64,000 bases of DNA, from positions 80,955 to 144,954 of the forward strand of contig NZ_CANMFS010000007.1 in NCBI RefSeq assembly GCF_947497275.1, written 5' to 3'. Positions 41,483 to 51,926 of the stretch are shown one piece after another. The position numbers were made by a program, and so were the translations under genes. Under the pieces are notes generated by a model. It worked only from the letters and a program-made list of their open reading frames with translations. It was not told where the DNA came from and ran no database searches. Position 1 is the first letter of the stretch, and each line of letters opens with the position of its first letter. Origin of the DNA: an uncultured Sulfitobacter sp. (GTDB lineage Bacteria; Pseudomonadota; Alphaproteobacteria; Rhodobacterales; Rhodobacteraceae).

Positions 41483-42494
41483 CTTGGGACTCCTTTGCAC
41501 GTTTGGCGGCCCGGACACCGTCGATTGCGGGCAGAAGTTTCGACCGCACGGCGTGGCTGTCCGGGGTGTGGCGGTATTCGATTGAGGTCTGGTCGGGGCG
41601 CAGCTTGTCGCGCAAGTATTCCGCGCCGGTGGCGTAGATCAGAACGTCGGCCTGTTCCAAAAGCGTCGCCAGTCCGGCAAAGTTGCGCGGCACCGCCGTC
41701 ACCCGCCCCAGATGCGGTGCGAAGCGGTCGATCCCGCTCTTGAGCGTCGGCAGGAAATCGTCGAAATACGACACCGCGCCCACCCGCGCCCCGGGTCCTA
41801 TCCCGGCGAGGGCGATGCGCGTCTGCTCGTTGGGGATCAGCGTCATCGCGAGCACCGGCTTGCCGGGAAAGAGGCGCGCGGCCTCGGGCGTCAGCGTGTG
41901 CGGGCAGACGATCAGATCCGCGTCGGGCAGATCCGCGTCGGGCGCGCCGTCAAGGTCCGCGATGCTTGCGGCGCTCACATTGTCGGTGTCGGGAAGGTAG
42001 GGCAGCAGGTCGGCGGCGTAGGCCTTTGTCGCTTCGAGAAAGGTGCCGAGCACGAGGATGCGCAGCGGCACCACGGTGGCGGGCGCGGCCATGCTGACCC
42101 GAAAGGCGATGTCCTGACGCGACAGGCCCAATTCGCGCCCGACTTGGATCAGATCGGCGATCTGGCGTTCAAAACCTGCCAGCTTTTGGGTTTGGGATGC
42201 GGGAGGGGGCGCACGGTCGGCCACGAAGGTGCCGGAGCCGACGCGCCCTTTCACATGGCCGCGCTCCTGCAGGGCGGCGTAGACGCCGCTGACGGTGACG
42301 GGCGACAGTTTGAGACTGGCGGCGAGCCGGCGTACCGAAGGGAGCCGTGTGTTGGCGGGGATATCACCGGTGGCGATACCATACTCCAGCGCGCCGCGCA
42401 GCTGGACCGAGACGGGCACCGACGACTGCGGCTCGATCGCGGCCGCGATTCTGGCCAGTGCCGGATTTAATTCGTCTGTTTCGCTTTGCATCAT
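41469..42494 (-). CDS. GntR-family regulator (YtrA-like wHTH) with an unusual C-terminal sensing domain
   Basis: RLPSVRRLAASLKLSPVTVSGVYAALQERG..GSGTFV; ~220-aa alpha/beta C-terminal region not of FCD or UTRA type. Confidence 0.8.
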   Translation of the reverse strand: MMQSETDELNPALARIAAAIEPQSSVPVSVQLRGALEYGIATGDIPANTRLPSVRRLAASLKLSPVTVSGVYAALQERGHVKGRVGSGTFVADRAPPPASQTQKLAGFERQIADLIQVGRELGLSRQDIAFRVSMAAPATVVPLRILVLGTFLEATKAYAADLLPYLPDTDNVSAASIADLDGAPDADLPDADLIVCPHTLTPEAARLFPGKPVLAMTLIPNEQTRIALAGIGPGARVGAVSYFDDFLPTLKSGIDRFAPHLGRVTAVPRNFAGLATLLEQADVLIYATGAEYLRDKLRPDQTSIEYRHTPDSHAVRSKLLPAIDGVRAAKRAKESQDENH

Positions 42495-42614
42495 AATGTA
42501 CCAGTCAATTATAACGGTTTGCTGCCTGTGCCAGAATTCGCACCAAACCCCGCGTTATTGTTACGCAATTTGTGTGCCCATGCAAAGATATTTGCGGTAA
42601 GGGTTCATATTTTC

Positions 42615-42654
42615 TTGACGTTAAAAATGCGCGGGGCGTAGTGTTACAGTACAC
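42615..42654 (+). promoter_or_regulatory. Putative sigma70-type promoter of the ABC operon with an overlapping palindrome
   Basis: TTGACG-N18-TAGTGT; gtgt-tacagt-acac dyad overlapping the -10. Confidence 0.4.
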
Positions 42655-42674
42655 CATAACAAATGGAGAGTCTC

Positions 42675-44243
42675 ATGTTGAAAACCACATTAAGGTCGGG
42701 CATCGCCACCCTTGCGCTGCTGGCGGCCGCACCCACGGTCATGGCGCAGGATCTCACGATCGGTTTGCGGGCGGGGCCGGACTCGATTGATCCGCACTGG
42801 TCCACCCTGGGCAGCCAGGCAGAGGCGCTCCGCCACGTTTTCGACACCCTCGTCGATGTGGACGAGAAGCTGCAGCTCAAGCCCGGTCTGGCCGTCAGTT
42901 GGGAGGCCATCGACGAGACGACATGGGAATTCAAGATGCGCGAAGGCGTGAAGTTTCATGATGGCAGCGATTTCGACGCCGAGGACGTGAAATTCTCGAT
43001 CGAGCGTATTCCGGAAGTGACCGGACCGATGCCGATGACGCTTTATACCAAATATGTGGACAGCGTCGAAGTGGTTGATCCGCTGACGCTGCGGGTCAAG
43101 ACAAAGGGCATGGCACCGTCGCTGCCCAACGACTTTACCCGCCTGTTCGTCGTCTCCTCGGACATCGGGATGGAGCCGCGCAACGAAGAATTCAACGCGG
43201 GCGATGCGGCGATCGGCACCGGCCCCTACACTTTTGTCAGCTGGGAGCCGAAGGGTGATCTGGTGCTGTCGCGCTACGATGACTATTGGGGCGGCGCACC
43301 TGCGTGGGAAACCGTCACCCGCCGCGAGATCGCCGACGATGCGGCGCGTGTGGCCGCGCTGAAATCCGGTCAGGTCGACCTGATCAATTATGTACCGGCG
43401 ACCGATTACCTGTCGATGCAGAACGACAGCAGCCTTGAAACCTTCGTGTCCGACTCTGTCTATATCCTCAACATCGCGCCGTCGGTGAAGGACGAAGAAC
43501 CGCAGCCGATCAAGGTGAACGGCGAAGAGGTCGACGGCAACCCGCTGCAGGATCTGCGTGTGCGCAAGGCCCTGGATCTCGCGATCAACCGCGACGTTCT
43601 GGTGAACGTGGTTCTCGAAGGACTGGGCACACCGGCGAACCAGTTGATGCCCGAAGGTTTCTTTGGCTATTCTCCTGACCTGCCCGCGCGCGAATACGAT
43701 ATCGAGCAGGCCAAGGCGTTGCTGGCCGAGGCGGGATATCCCGACGGGTTCGAGATTGACTTTACATGCACCAACAACCGCGTGCCCGGCGATGCCGTGG
43801 TCTGCGAAGCGCTGGCGCAGATGTGGTCGCGTCTGGGACTGAAGGTGAACGCGCAGGCGCTCAACGGTACCGTCTATTTCCCCGCCGCTGCGCGTGAGGA
43901 ATACACCATGACGATGTCTGCCTGGGGCACCCTGACGGGGGAGGCCGCCTATACCTACGGCGCGTTGACCCACACCAAGGATGCCGAAAAGGGATTTGGC
44001 AACTTCAACCGCTCGGGATACAGCAACCCCGAATTCGACAAGGTGTTCGGAGAGGGCAGTCAGACACTGGACCCCGAAGCGCGCAAGAAACTGTACGAGC
44101 AGGCATCCGTCATCGCGATGGAAGACCGCGCGTTGATCCCGACGGTGATCCTGCAGACCGTCTGGGCGGCGAAGGCCGACACGATCGACATGACACCGCG
44201 CGTGGATCAGGAAACCCGCGCCTATGCGATCATGCCTGAGTGA
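42675..44243 (+). CDS. ABC transporter substrate-binding protein, family 5 (Dpp/Opp/Nik)
   Basis: Signal peptide; DSIDPH, LKPGLAVSWE, FKMREGVKFHDGS, AIGTGPY, VRKALDLAINR. Confidence 0.93.
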   Translation: MLKTTLRSGIATLALLAAAPTVMAQDLTIGLRAGPDSIDPHWSTLGSQAEALRHVFDTLVDVDEKLQLKPGLAVSWEAIDETTWEFKMREGVKFHDGSDFDAEDVKFSIERIPEVTGPMPMTLYTKYVDSVEVVDPLTLRVKTKGMAPSLPNDFTRLFVVSSDIGMEPRNEEFNAGDAAIGTGPYTFVSWEPKGDLVLSRYDDYWGGAPAWETVTRREIADDAARVAALKSGQVDLINYVPATDYLSMQNDSSLETFVSDSVYILNIAPSVKDEEPQPIKVNGEEVDGNPLQDLRVRKALDLAINRDVLVNVVLEGLGTPANQLMPEGFFGYSPDLPAREYDIEQAKALLAEAGYPDGFEIDFTCTNNRVPGDAVVCEALAQMWSRLGLKVNAQALNGTVYFPAAAREEYTMTMSAWGTLTGEAAYTYGALTHTKDAEKGFGNFNRSGYSNPEFDKVFGEGSQTLDPEARKKLYEQASVIAMEDRALIPTVILQTVWAAKADTIDMTPRVDQETRAYAIMPE

Positions 44244-44261
44244 TCCAGTGAGACAATTGGA

Positions 44262-44289
44262 CGGCGCGCAATCATGTCTTTGCGCGCCG
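44262..44289 (+). other. Intercistronic hairpin after the SBP gene (probable mRNA stabiliser/attenuator)
   Basis: Perfect 10-bp stem cggcgcgcaa/ttgcgcgccg. Confidence 0.55.
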
Positions 44290-44353
44290 CTCTAATTTAC
44301 GGACGACAAGTTGATGCAGCCGGGCCCGGTGCAGGGCGGAACGCGAGGTTGAG

Positions 44354-45328
44354 ATGTTTGGTTATCTTGTCGGTCGGCTTTTGCAGGCGGTCGTCGTCGT
44401 CTTTGCCATGTCGGTGATCGTTTTCGTCGGCGTCTATGCCATCGGCAATCCGATCGACGTGATGATTGACCCTGGTGCCACGCAGGAGATCCGCGAAAAC
44501 CTGATCCGCCAGTACGGGTTGGACCAGCCGCTGTGGCAGCAGTATTTCACCTTTGTCGGCAATGTGTTTCAGGGTGATCTGGGCCGGTCGATGGTGTATA
44601 ATATTTCCGTTACCTCGCTGGTGTTTTCGCGTTTGCCCGCGACACTGGAACTGGTGTTGGTGTCCGTTACCATCGCAGCCGTCGTCGGCATCCCCGCCGG
44701 GCTTTATGCCGGCTACCGCCCCAATGGCATCGCGGCCAAGCTGATCATGGCGTTGTCGGTCCTTGGCTTTTCTGTGCCGACGTTCTGGATCGGGATGCTG
44801 CTGATCATGGCGTTCGCGGTCGAGCTGGGCTGGCTGCCGTCGGGCGGGCGCGGCGAGGTGGCGGAGTTCTTGTGGTTCAAGACGTCGCTGGCCACCGCGA
44901 ACGGGTGGAGCCATGTGATCATGCCCGCGATCAATCTGTCGCTGTTCAAGATGGGGCTTTTGATACGCCTCACCCGCGCAGGAATGGTCGAGGCGATGGG
45001 GGCGGAATACGTCCGCTTTGCCCGCGCGCAAGGGCTACCCGACCGGCAGATCGTATTCAGCCATATCCTGCGGAATATCTCCATCCCGGTAATCACGGTC
45101 TTCGGGCTTGAGCTGGGGTCCACTCTGGCCTTTGCGGTGGTGACGGAGACGGTGTTCAACTGGCCCGGTGTGGGCAAGCTGATCATCGACAGCATCCTGC
45201 AACTCGACCGGCCGGTGATGGTGTCGTACCTCGTGATGGTGGTGATCCTGTTCGTACTGATCAACCTGATCGTCGATCTGATCTATGCGCGGCTTGATCC
45301 GCGCGTGCGTCTGAAAGGAGGTTCGTGA
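44354..45328 (+). CDS. Peptide ABC transporter permease (DppB-like)
   Basis: GLDQPLWQQY, RLPATLEL, YVRFARAQGL EAA loop, ETVFNWPGVG. Confidence 0.93.
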   Translation: MFGYLVGRLLQAVVVVFAMSVIVFVGVYAIGNPIDVMIDPGATQEIRENLIRQYGLDQPLWQQYFTFVGNVFQGDLGRSMVYNISVTSLVFSRLPATLELVLVSVTIAAVVGIPAGLYAGYRPNGIAAKLIMALSVLGFSVPTFWIGMLLIMAFAVELGWLPSGGRGEVAEFLWFKTSLATANGWSHVIMPAINLSLFKMGLLIRLTRAGMVEAMGAEYVRFARAQGLPDRQIVFSHILRNISIPVITVFGLELGSTLAFAVVTETVFNWPGVGKLIIDSILQLDRPVMVSYLVMVVILFVLINLIVDLIYARLDPRVRLKGGS

Positions 45329-46266
45329 TGAACGATACCCTTGCGCCGCGCGGAAATACCGTTGCCGTTCCCGCCGCCCCTCCGGCGGAGACGCGGGCGA
45401 TGCGGTTGCGCAATTTCTGGTCGGATTACCGTCAGTCCTGGGTCGCGATAGGTGCGCTGGTGGTGATCGTGGCGCTGCTGATCGGGTCGTTCTTTGCGCC
45501 CTGGCTGGTGCCGCAGGATCCCTATGATCTGGCCAATCTCGACTGGCTTGATGCGTTCCTGCCGCCCGGCACCGTGGGATCGGGGGGGTACACGCATCTG
45601 CTGGGCACCGACAACGCAGGTCGCGACATGCTGTCGGCGATCCTCTACGGGCTGCGCACCAGTTTCATGATCGGCATTTCCGCCGGTGTGCTGGCGCTGG
45701 CCGTCGGGATCACCGTCGGTCTGACGGCGGCCTATTTCGGGGGGCGGATCGAGGCGCTGTTGATGCGGATCGTCGATTTGCAGCTGTCGATGCCCGCGAT
45801 TCTGCTGGCGCTGGTGATGGTGGCGATGTTGGGACAGGGGATCGGGCAGATCATCCTTGCGCTGGTCGTCGCGCAGTACGCCTATTTCGCGCGCACCACC
45901 CACGGGGCCGCGTCGGTCGAGCGGCGCAAGGATTATATCGAGGCGGCGCGTTCTACCCCGCTGCCCACATGGCGGGTGATGTTCAAGCATCTGTTGCCCA
46001 ACGTCCTGCCGCCGTTGATCGTCGTGGCGACGGTGCAGGTGGCGAGCGCCATCTCGCTGGAGGCGACGCTGTCGTTTCTGGGCGTGGGCCTGCCGCTGAC
46101 AGAGCCATCGCTCGGCTCGCTCATCTCTAACGGGTTCAAGTACATTCACGCGGGACGCTACTGGCTCTCCATCTATCCGGGGATATTTCTGATGATCACC
46201 GTTGTCGCGATCAATCTGGTGGGCGATCAGGTGCGCACCGTCATCGACCCAAGGAACAGCCGATGA
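45328..46266 (+). CDS. Peptide ABC transporter permease (DppC-like)
   Basis: HLLGTDNAGRDMLS, YIEAARS, HLLPNV, EATLSFLGVG. Confidence 0.93.
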   Translation: MNDTLAPRGNTVAVPAAPPAETRAMRLRNFWSDYRQSWVAIGALVVIVALLIGSFFAPWLVPQDPYDLANLDWLDAFLPPGTVGSGGYTHLLGTDNAGRDMLSAILYGLRTSFMIGISAGVLALAVGITVGLTAAYFGGRIEALLMRIVDLQLSMPAILLALVMVAMLGQGIGQIILALVVAQYAYFARTTHGAASVERRKDYIEAARSTPLPTWRVMFKHLLPNVLPPLIVVATVQVASAISLEATLSFLGVGLPLTEPSLGSLISNGFKYIHAGRYWLSIYPGIFLMITVVAINLVGDQVRTVIDPRNSR

Positions 46267-47228
46267 CCGCTGCATTGGATGTACAGGGGCTGACCACACG
46301 CTTTGCCACGCGCGGCGATGCCGTGACGGCGGTGAACGACGTGAGTTTTTCGGTTGAGAAGGGGCGTATCCTTGGGCTGGTGGGCGAAAGCGGATCGGGC
46401 AAGAGCGTCACCGGATTTTCCATCATGGGCCTGATCGACGCGCCGGGAGAGGTGTCGGCGGGGCGGGTTCTGGTGGATGGTGCCGATCTGCGCGGGCTGT
46501 CGGACGAGGACATGCGCAAGATGCGCGGCAGCAAGGTCGCGATGGTGTTTCAGGACCCGATGATGACCCTCAACCCGGTGCTGCGGGTGGGCGATCAGAT
46601 GGCGATGGCGGTGCGGGTGCACCGCAAGATGTCGAAGAACGCGGCGCTGGAGGAAGCGCGGCGCGCGCTCGATACCGTTGGTATCCCGTCACCCGAAGAG
46701 CGCCTGCGCGCCTATCCGCACCAGTTGTCGGGCGGGATGCGCCAGCGCGTGGCCATTGCGATGGCCCTGCTGCACAGCCCGTCGGTGATTATTGCCGACG
46801 AGGCGACGACCGCGCTCGATGTATCCATTCAGGGGCAGATCCTGGCGGAGGTACGTGAGCTGGCCGATGAGACCGGTGCGGCGATTGTCTGGATCACGCA
46901 CGATCTGGCCGTGGTGTCGAGCCTCGCCGACGACATCTGCGTGATGTATGCGGGCCGCATCGTGGAGCGCGGGACCGCGCAACAGGTGATCGAGCACCCG
47001 CGCCACCCCTATACCAAGGGGTTGCTTGAATCGATCCCGGCGCTGCACGCGCCCGGCACGCCGCTGCCGCAAATCCCCGGCTCCACACCGCAGCTGTCGC
47101 GGCTGCCGCAGGGGTGCCCGTTTCGCCCGCGCTGTCCGCGCGCGAGCGACATCTGCACCACGGTGCCCCCCGCAGATACCGTGGACGGGCAGACCGTCCT
47201 GTGCCATCACCCGCTGGAGCGTCCATGA
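46263..47228 (+). CDS. Peptide ABC transporter ATPase (DppD-like)
   Basis: [43 protein letters not shown]. Confidence 0.93.
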   Translation: MTAALDVQGLTTRFATRGDAVTAVNDVSFSVEKGRILGLVGESGSGKSVTGFSIMGLIDAPGEVSAGRVLVDGADLRGLSDEDMRKMRGSKVAMVFQDPMMTLNPVLRVGDQMAMAVRVHRKMSKNAALEEARRALDTVGIPSPEERLRAYPHQLSGGMRQRVAIAMALLHSPSVIIADEATTALDVSIQGQILAEVRELADETGAAIVWITHDLAVVSSLADDICVMYAGRIVERGTAQQVIEHPRHPYTKGLLESIPALHAPGTPLPQIPGSTPQLSRLPQGCPFRPRCPRASDICTTVPPADTVDGQTVLCHHPLERP

Positions 47229-48238
47229 CCGAACCCATCCTGAAAATCGAAAACGTCTCGAAACGCTTTACCCGGATGCCGGGGCTGGCCGAGCGGCTGG
47301 TCGGCAAGGTTGTGGGCGGTGGCAAGCCTGTAACCGTACATGCGCTGTCGGATGTCACGCTCGATGTGGCGCAGGGAGAGGTTCTGGGCATCGTCGGCGA
47401 ATCCGGCTGCGGCAAATCCTCCCTTGGCCGTGTCGTCGCGGGCATCTATGCGCCCAGCGATGGGCGCGTGACGCTGAACGGCAAGCCCGTCGCGCGGGAG
47501 CATGGCGGTAACATCGACAAGCTGACCACGCAGGTGCAGATGATCCATCAGGATCCCTTTGCCTCGCTCAACCCGCGCATGAAGGTGGGCGAAACGCTGG
47601 CCGAAGGCCCGCGCTATCACAACATCATTCCGGCGCGCGACGTGGCCGCGCGGATGCGCAGCCTGCTAGAGCAGGTAGGGCTTGAAGGGGCCTATGCCGA
47701 CCGTTTGCCGCACCAGTTTTCGGGTGGTCAACGGCAGCGTGTCGCGATTGCGCGTGCGCTCGCGATGGAGCCGGAGGTGCTGGTGCTGGACGAGGCGGTC
47801 GCCTCGCTTGACGTGTCCATTCAGGCGCAGGTGCTCAACCTGTTCATGGACCTGCGCCGCGATCTGGGACTGACGGCGCTTTTCATCAGTCACGATCTGT
47901 CGGTGGTGCGCCATGTCTGTGATCGGGTGGCGATCATGTATCTGGGACGGCTGGTCGAACTGGCCCCGGCAGAGGCGCTTTATGCCGATCCGAAACACCC
48001 CTATACGGCGGCGCTGTTCGCCTCTGTGCCGACCGTTGGCACCGGCAAACGGCGGTTCGAGACGATCAAGGGGGAAATCCCGTCACCGATCAACCCGCCG
48101 TCGGGCTGTGCGTTTCATCCGCGATGCCCACATGCCGGCCCCCGCTGCCGCGTCGAGGCGCCGCGCCTAACGGAGGCGGGGCAGGGCCGCACGGTTGCGT
48201 GTCACCTCAATGATGGCGGTGTGGAGGTTGCGGCATGA
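47225..48238 (+). CDS. Peptide ABC transporter ATPase (DppF-like)
   Basis: GESGCGKS, PHQFSGGQRQR, LDEAVASLD, GCAFHPRC. Confidence 0.93.
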   Translation: MTEPILKIENVSKRFTRMPGLAERLVGKVVGGGKPVTVHALSDVTLDVAQGEVLGIVGESGCGKSSLGRVVAGIYAPSDGRVTLNGKPVAREHGGNIDKLTTQVQMIHQDPFASLNPRMKVGETLAEGPRYHNIIPARDVAARMRSLLEQVGLEGAYADRLPHQFSGGQRQRVAIARALAMEPEVLVLDEAVASLDVSIQAQVLNLFMDLRRDLGLTALFISHDLSVVRHVCDRVAIMYLGRLVELAPAEALYADPKHPYTAALFASVPTVGTGKRRFETIKGEIPSPINPPSGCAFHPRCPHAGPRCRVEAPRLTEAGQGRTVACHLNDGGVEVAA

Positions 48239-49707
48239 GCGCGGATCTGCAAACCCGTATCGGGCGGTTGAATGACGTTCTGTGCGCGGTGAACACGCTG
48301 AACTGGGACGCGCGCACGCAGATGCCGGAGGGCGGGGCGCAGACGCGCGGGCAACAGATCGCCACTTTGATGGGGATTGCGCGCGAGATGATTCTGGACC
48401 CCGCGATGCAGGATGCGGTCGATGCGGCGGACGGGGCGGAGGCCGAGGCCGTTCAGGCCGCCATCGACCACCACGCGCGCCTGCCGGCCGAATTGCTGCG
48501 CGCGCAGGCCGAAAACGCGACCATCGCAGGTGCGGCCTGGGCCCGCGCGCGGGCGACGTCCGATTTTACGGTGTTCCAGCCGCATCTGGAAAAGGTCGTT
48601 TCGCTGGCTCGTGAAAGCGCGCGGGCGCTCGGGTTTGAAGGCCATCCCTACGACCCGATGGTGCAGACCTTCGAGCCGGGCGAAACCGCCGCCAGCCTTG
48701 ATGCATTTTTCGGTACCCTGCGCGCCGGGATCCTGCCCGTTCTGGATGCCGCGCGCGGACGCACGCCACCGCGCAGCGATTTTCTGTACCGGGATTATCC
48801 GCCGGAATTGCAAAAACGGTTTGCCGCCGACACGGCGGAGACGCTGGGATATGATTTCACGCGCGGGCGGCTGGACACGACGGTGCATCCGTTCGAGGTC
48901 AGCTTTACCCGCAACGACGTGCGCATCACCTCGCGGTGGACCCGCGATTATCTGCCGATGTCGATCTTCGGGTCAATTCACGAGGTTGGCCATGCGCTGT
49001 ACGAGCAGGGGATTGCCCCGGCGCATACGCGCGGTGCCTTCGCCACTGACATGATCGGATTGTACGCCGTGGGCGGCACCAGTTTCGGGATGCACGAAAG
49101 CCAGTCGCGGCTGTTGGAAAACCATGTGGGCCGCAGTCCGGCATTCTGGGCCGCGCATTTTCCGCGCCTGCGCGACACCTTTCCGCAGCAGCTTGGCGAT
49201 GTGAGCGAGGCGGAATTCGTCGCCGCGATCAACCGGGTGGAGCCCGGCGCGATCCGCGTCGAGGCGGACGAGCTGACCTATGATCTGCACATCATGCTGC
49301 GCGTGCGCATCGAGATGGGGTTGATGGACGGGTCGCTGGCCGTGGCGGATGTGCCGCACGTCTGGCGGGAGGCGATGCGCGCCGATCTGGGCGTCGAAAT
49401 CGAGGGTGACGCGCAAGGCTGTTTGCAGGATGTGCATTGGTCCTCGGGATATATCGGATCTTTTCCGACCTACACGATCGGCAATGCCACGGCGGCGACG
49501 CTGATGGCGCATTTCGACGCGGCGCGCCCCGATATCCGCGACGCGCTTGACCGGGCCGATACCGGGCCTTTACGCGACGCACTGGGACAGGCGGTCTGGC
49601 GGCACGGCCGTTCGAAAACCCGCGCTGAGTTGCTGGCGGCGGTCGGGGCCACGGCGAACGACCCGCAGCCCTATCTTGACTATCTGCGGGCCAAATTCGC
49701 GGCGTAA
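48235..49707 (+). CDS. Carboxypeptidase, peptidase family M32
   Basis: HPF, HEVGH (HEXXH), HESQS, IRVEADELTY, GCLQDVHW, FPTY. Confidence 0.93.
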   Translation: MSADLQTRIGRLNDVLCAVNTLNWDARTQMPEGGAQTRGQQIATLMGIAREMILDPAMQDAVDAADGAEAEAVQAAIDHHARLPAELLRAQAENATIAGAAWARARATSDFTVFQPHLEKVVSLARESARALGFEGHPYDPMVQTFEPGETAASLDAFFGTLRAGILPVLDAARGRTPPRSDFLYRDYPPELQKRFAADTAETLGYDFTRGRLDTTVHPFEVSFTRNDVRITSRWTRDYLPMSIFGSIHEVGHALYEQGIAPAHTRGAFATDMIGLYAVGGTSFGMHESQSRLLENHVGRSPAFWAAHFPRLRDTFPQQLGDVSEAEFVAAINRVEPGAIRVEADELTYDLHIMLRVRIEMGLMDGSLAVADVPHVWREAMRADLGVEIEGDAQGCLQDVHWSSGYIGSFPTYTIGNATAATLMAHFDAARPDIRDALDRADTGPLRDALGQAVWRHGRSKTRAELLAAVGATANDPQPYLDYLRAKFAA

Positions 49708-49722
49708 AAGGGCGCGGGGCGC

Positions 49723-51078
49723 CTAGATGCTGCCGTCGAAGTCGAGGCAGACCACCTCGCCGCCGTCCGGGCGCGGTGAGAAAGACAGACGCGCGCCGAG
49801 CCGTTCGATTGCGGTCTTCACGATGGCGAGGCCAAGGCCGCTTCCGCTGGCGGTCGCACCGGCGCCCCGGAAAAACCGGTCTGTCACCCGCGCGCGGTCT
49901 TCGTCCGCGATGCCGGGTCCGCGGTCCATCACGCAGATTCGCAGCCGGTCGTCGATCGCTTCGAGCGTGATCGTAATCTCGCTGCCCGCCGGTGCGGCGG
50001 CAATCGCGTTTTCGATCACGTTGCGCAGGGCGACGGCCATCAGGACCGGATCGCCCCTGAGGGTGCGGTCGGTGGAATGGGGCAGGTCGATCGAGACATT
50101 CTTCGCGGCGGCAAGGCGGGAGAGGTCATCGACCGTATCGCGCAGGATCGCCACGATGTTAACCTGTGCATCGAGGCTGTTTTGGGTGCTGTCCACCGAG
50201 GCCAGCGACAAGAGCTGGCGCACCATTCTGTCGGTCCGGTCGACGCCGCTCTGGATGCGGGTGAGCGCGCCTGTGCGGGTCTCCGCGTCCGTTGCCCGCA
50301 TCGCAACCTGCGCCTGTGTCTTGATGCCTGCGAGCGGTGTTTTCAGCTCGTGCGCTGCGAAGGAGGTGAATGCCGTTTCGCGTGCGCGGGCGGCGCTGAC
50401 GCGGGCGAAAAGCCCATTGAGCGCCGTGCCGACCGGCCTGATTTCATGCGGCATGGTATCGACTGCCACCGGCGTCAGGTTGTCTGCGGTGCGCTGCGTC
50501 AGCCCTCTGGCCAACCGGTCGAGCGGCAGCAGCCCGCGCTGCACGCTGAGCCAGATGAGCGCCGCGAGAACCGGCAGGATCAGCAGGGCGGGTACGATCA
50601 GCCCCGTCGTCACATCGCGGACGAGGCGGTCGCGTACGGTGTGGCTGTCGCCGACCATGACACGCACGCCAAGGGCTTCGTTGATGACGGAATAGACGCG
50701 CCATTCCTCACCGTTGACGGTGCTGTCGGTGAATCCTGTGTCCTGTGCGGACAGACGCCCGTCCGGTGCGCTGCCCGAACGCCCGACGAGCGTGCCGTCC
50801 AGTGACCAGATCTGACAGGAAAGCCTGTGCGAATAATCGCCGGTCAGTTCCTCGGGAAGGCCGGCACCGTCCGTCAGCATGGTTGCGGCGCTGGCGACGT
50901 CAATGCGTTGATCCGATATCAGGGACGAGACCATATGCACAGCTTCGGCCAGCCGCGCGTCCAGCACACGTTCAACGTCGGCGCGGGTGGACTGCTGGAT
51001 CCAGACAAACGCCGACAGCCAGACCGCGCCGGTCGCGGTCATCAGGATCACAAACAGGCGGATGCGGATCGAATTCAT
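49723..51078 (-). CDS. QseC/PmrB-like membrane sensor histidine kinase
   Basis: Two TM segments, HAMP, FAAHELKTPLAGI H-box, NVIENA, DRGPGI, GSGLGLAIV. Confidence 0.92.
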   Translation of the reverse strand: MNSIRIRLFVILMTATGAVWLSAFVWIQQSTRADVERVLDARLAEAVHMVSSLISDQRIDVASAATMLTDGAGLPEELTGDYSHRLSCQIWSLDGTLVGRSGSAPDGRLSAQDTGFTDSTVNGEEWRVYSVINEALGVRVMVGDSHTVRDRLVRDVTTGLIVPALLILPVLAALIWLSVQRGLLPLDRLARGLTQRTADNLTPVAVDTMPHEIRPVGTALNGLFARVSAARARETAFTSFAAHELKTPLAGIKTQAQVAMRATDAETRTGALTRIQSGVDRTDRMVRQLLSLASVDSTQNSLDAQVNIVAILRDTVDDLSRLAAAKNVSIDLPHSTDRTLRGDPVLMAVALRNVIENAIAAAPAGSEITITLEAIDDRLRICVMDRGPGIADEDRARVTDRFFRGAGATASGSGLGLAIVKTAIERLGARLSFSPRPDGGEVVCLDFDGSI

Positions 51079-51740
51079 GCGGTTTCCCCGCTGAGCTTGT
51101 AGCCCGCGCCGCGCACCGTCTGGATAAAGTCCGCGCCGAGTTTGGCCCGCAGTTTGTGAATATGCACTTCGACGGCATTGCTTTCGATACCCTCCTGCCA
51201 GCCATAGAGGCGGTCTTCGAGGGTGGATTTTGACAGGATCGCGCCGGGCCGCTCAAGCAGGGCGCGCAGGATCACGAATTCGCGCGGCGAAAAGGCGATC
51301 TCGCGGTTCTTGTGCGTGCCAGACATCCGCGCCGGATCGACGCTAAGCCCGTTCCACGCCAGATCGGCGTGCGCGCGGCCTTCGGCCCTGCGCACGATGG
51401 AGCGCAGACGCGCCGCGACCTCGTCGAGATCGAAGGGTTTGCCGAGGTAGTCGTCGGCGCCGAGGTCAAGACCTGCGATCCGGTCGCGGACCTGATCCAG
51501 CGCGGTGAGCAACAGCGCGGGCGTGGGATCGTCGCGCTTTCGCATCCGGCGCAGGATATCGAGGCCGGAGCCGTCGGGCAGCATGATATCGAGCACCACT
51601 GCGGCAAAACCGCCCTGCGCCAGCGCCGCGTCCGCATCGGCGCATGTCTCGACCGGTTCGGGCGTGAACCCCGATAGGCGCAAACCCACCGACAAGCCGT
51701 CGGCGAGGGTTGCATCATCCTCCACGATCAGTATGCGCAT
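51075..51740 (-). CDS. QseB/PmrA-like OmpR-family response regulator
   Basis: ILIVEDD, VLDIMLPDGSGL, GADDYLGKPF, SNAVEVHIHKLRAKL..TVRGAGY. Confidence 0.93.
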   Translation of the reverse strand: MRILIVEDDATLADGLSVGLRLSGFTPEPVETCADADAALAQGGFAAVVLDIMLPDGSGLDILRRMRKRDDPTPALLLTALDQVRDRIAGLDLGADDYLGKPFDLDEVAARLRSIVRRAEGRAHADLAWNGLSVDPARMSGTHKNREIAFSPREFVILRALLERPGAILSKSTLEDRLYGWQEGIESNAVEVHIHKLRAKLGADFIQTVRGAGYKLSGETA

Positions 51741-51784
51741 TATCCGGTCTCCTTTGCCGTACGATAGGCCTTTGCGCAGCCGAG

Positions 51785-51879
51785 CTTAAGCCCCGCTTAA
51801 GACCTGCCGGGTCAATTCCGCCGATACGCAAGTTGGCATTGGAAGGCGCACCGATCACGGGGTTTAAGGTTCGGTTAAG
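51785..51879. promoter_or_regulatory. Two PmrA/QseB-type direct-repeat boxes (YTTAAG-N5-NTTAAG) in the regulator / L,D-transpeptidase divergent region
   Basis: cttaag ccccg cttaag (51785-51801) and tttaag gttcg gttaag (51863-51879). Confidence 0.65.
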
Positions 51880-51926
51880 CCAAGCCTGTGACAGGGTGTG
51901 GAAAGAACGAGTAGAAAGGAATAACA

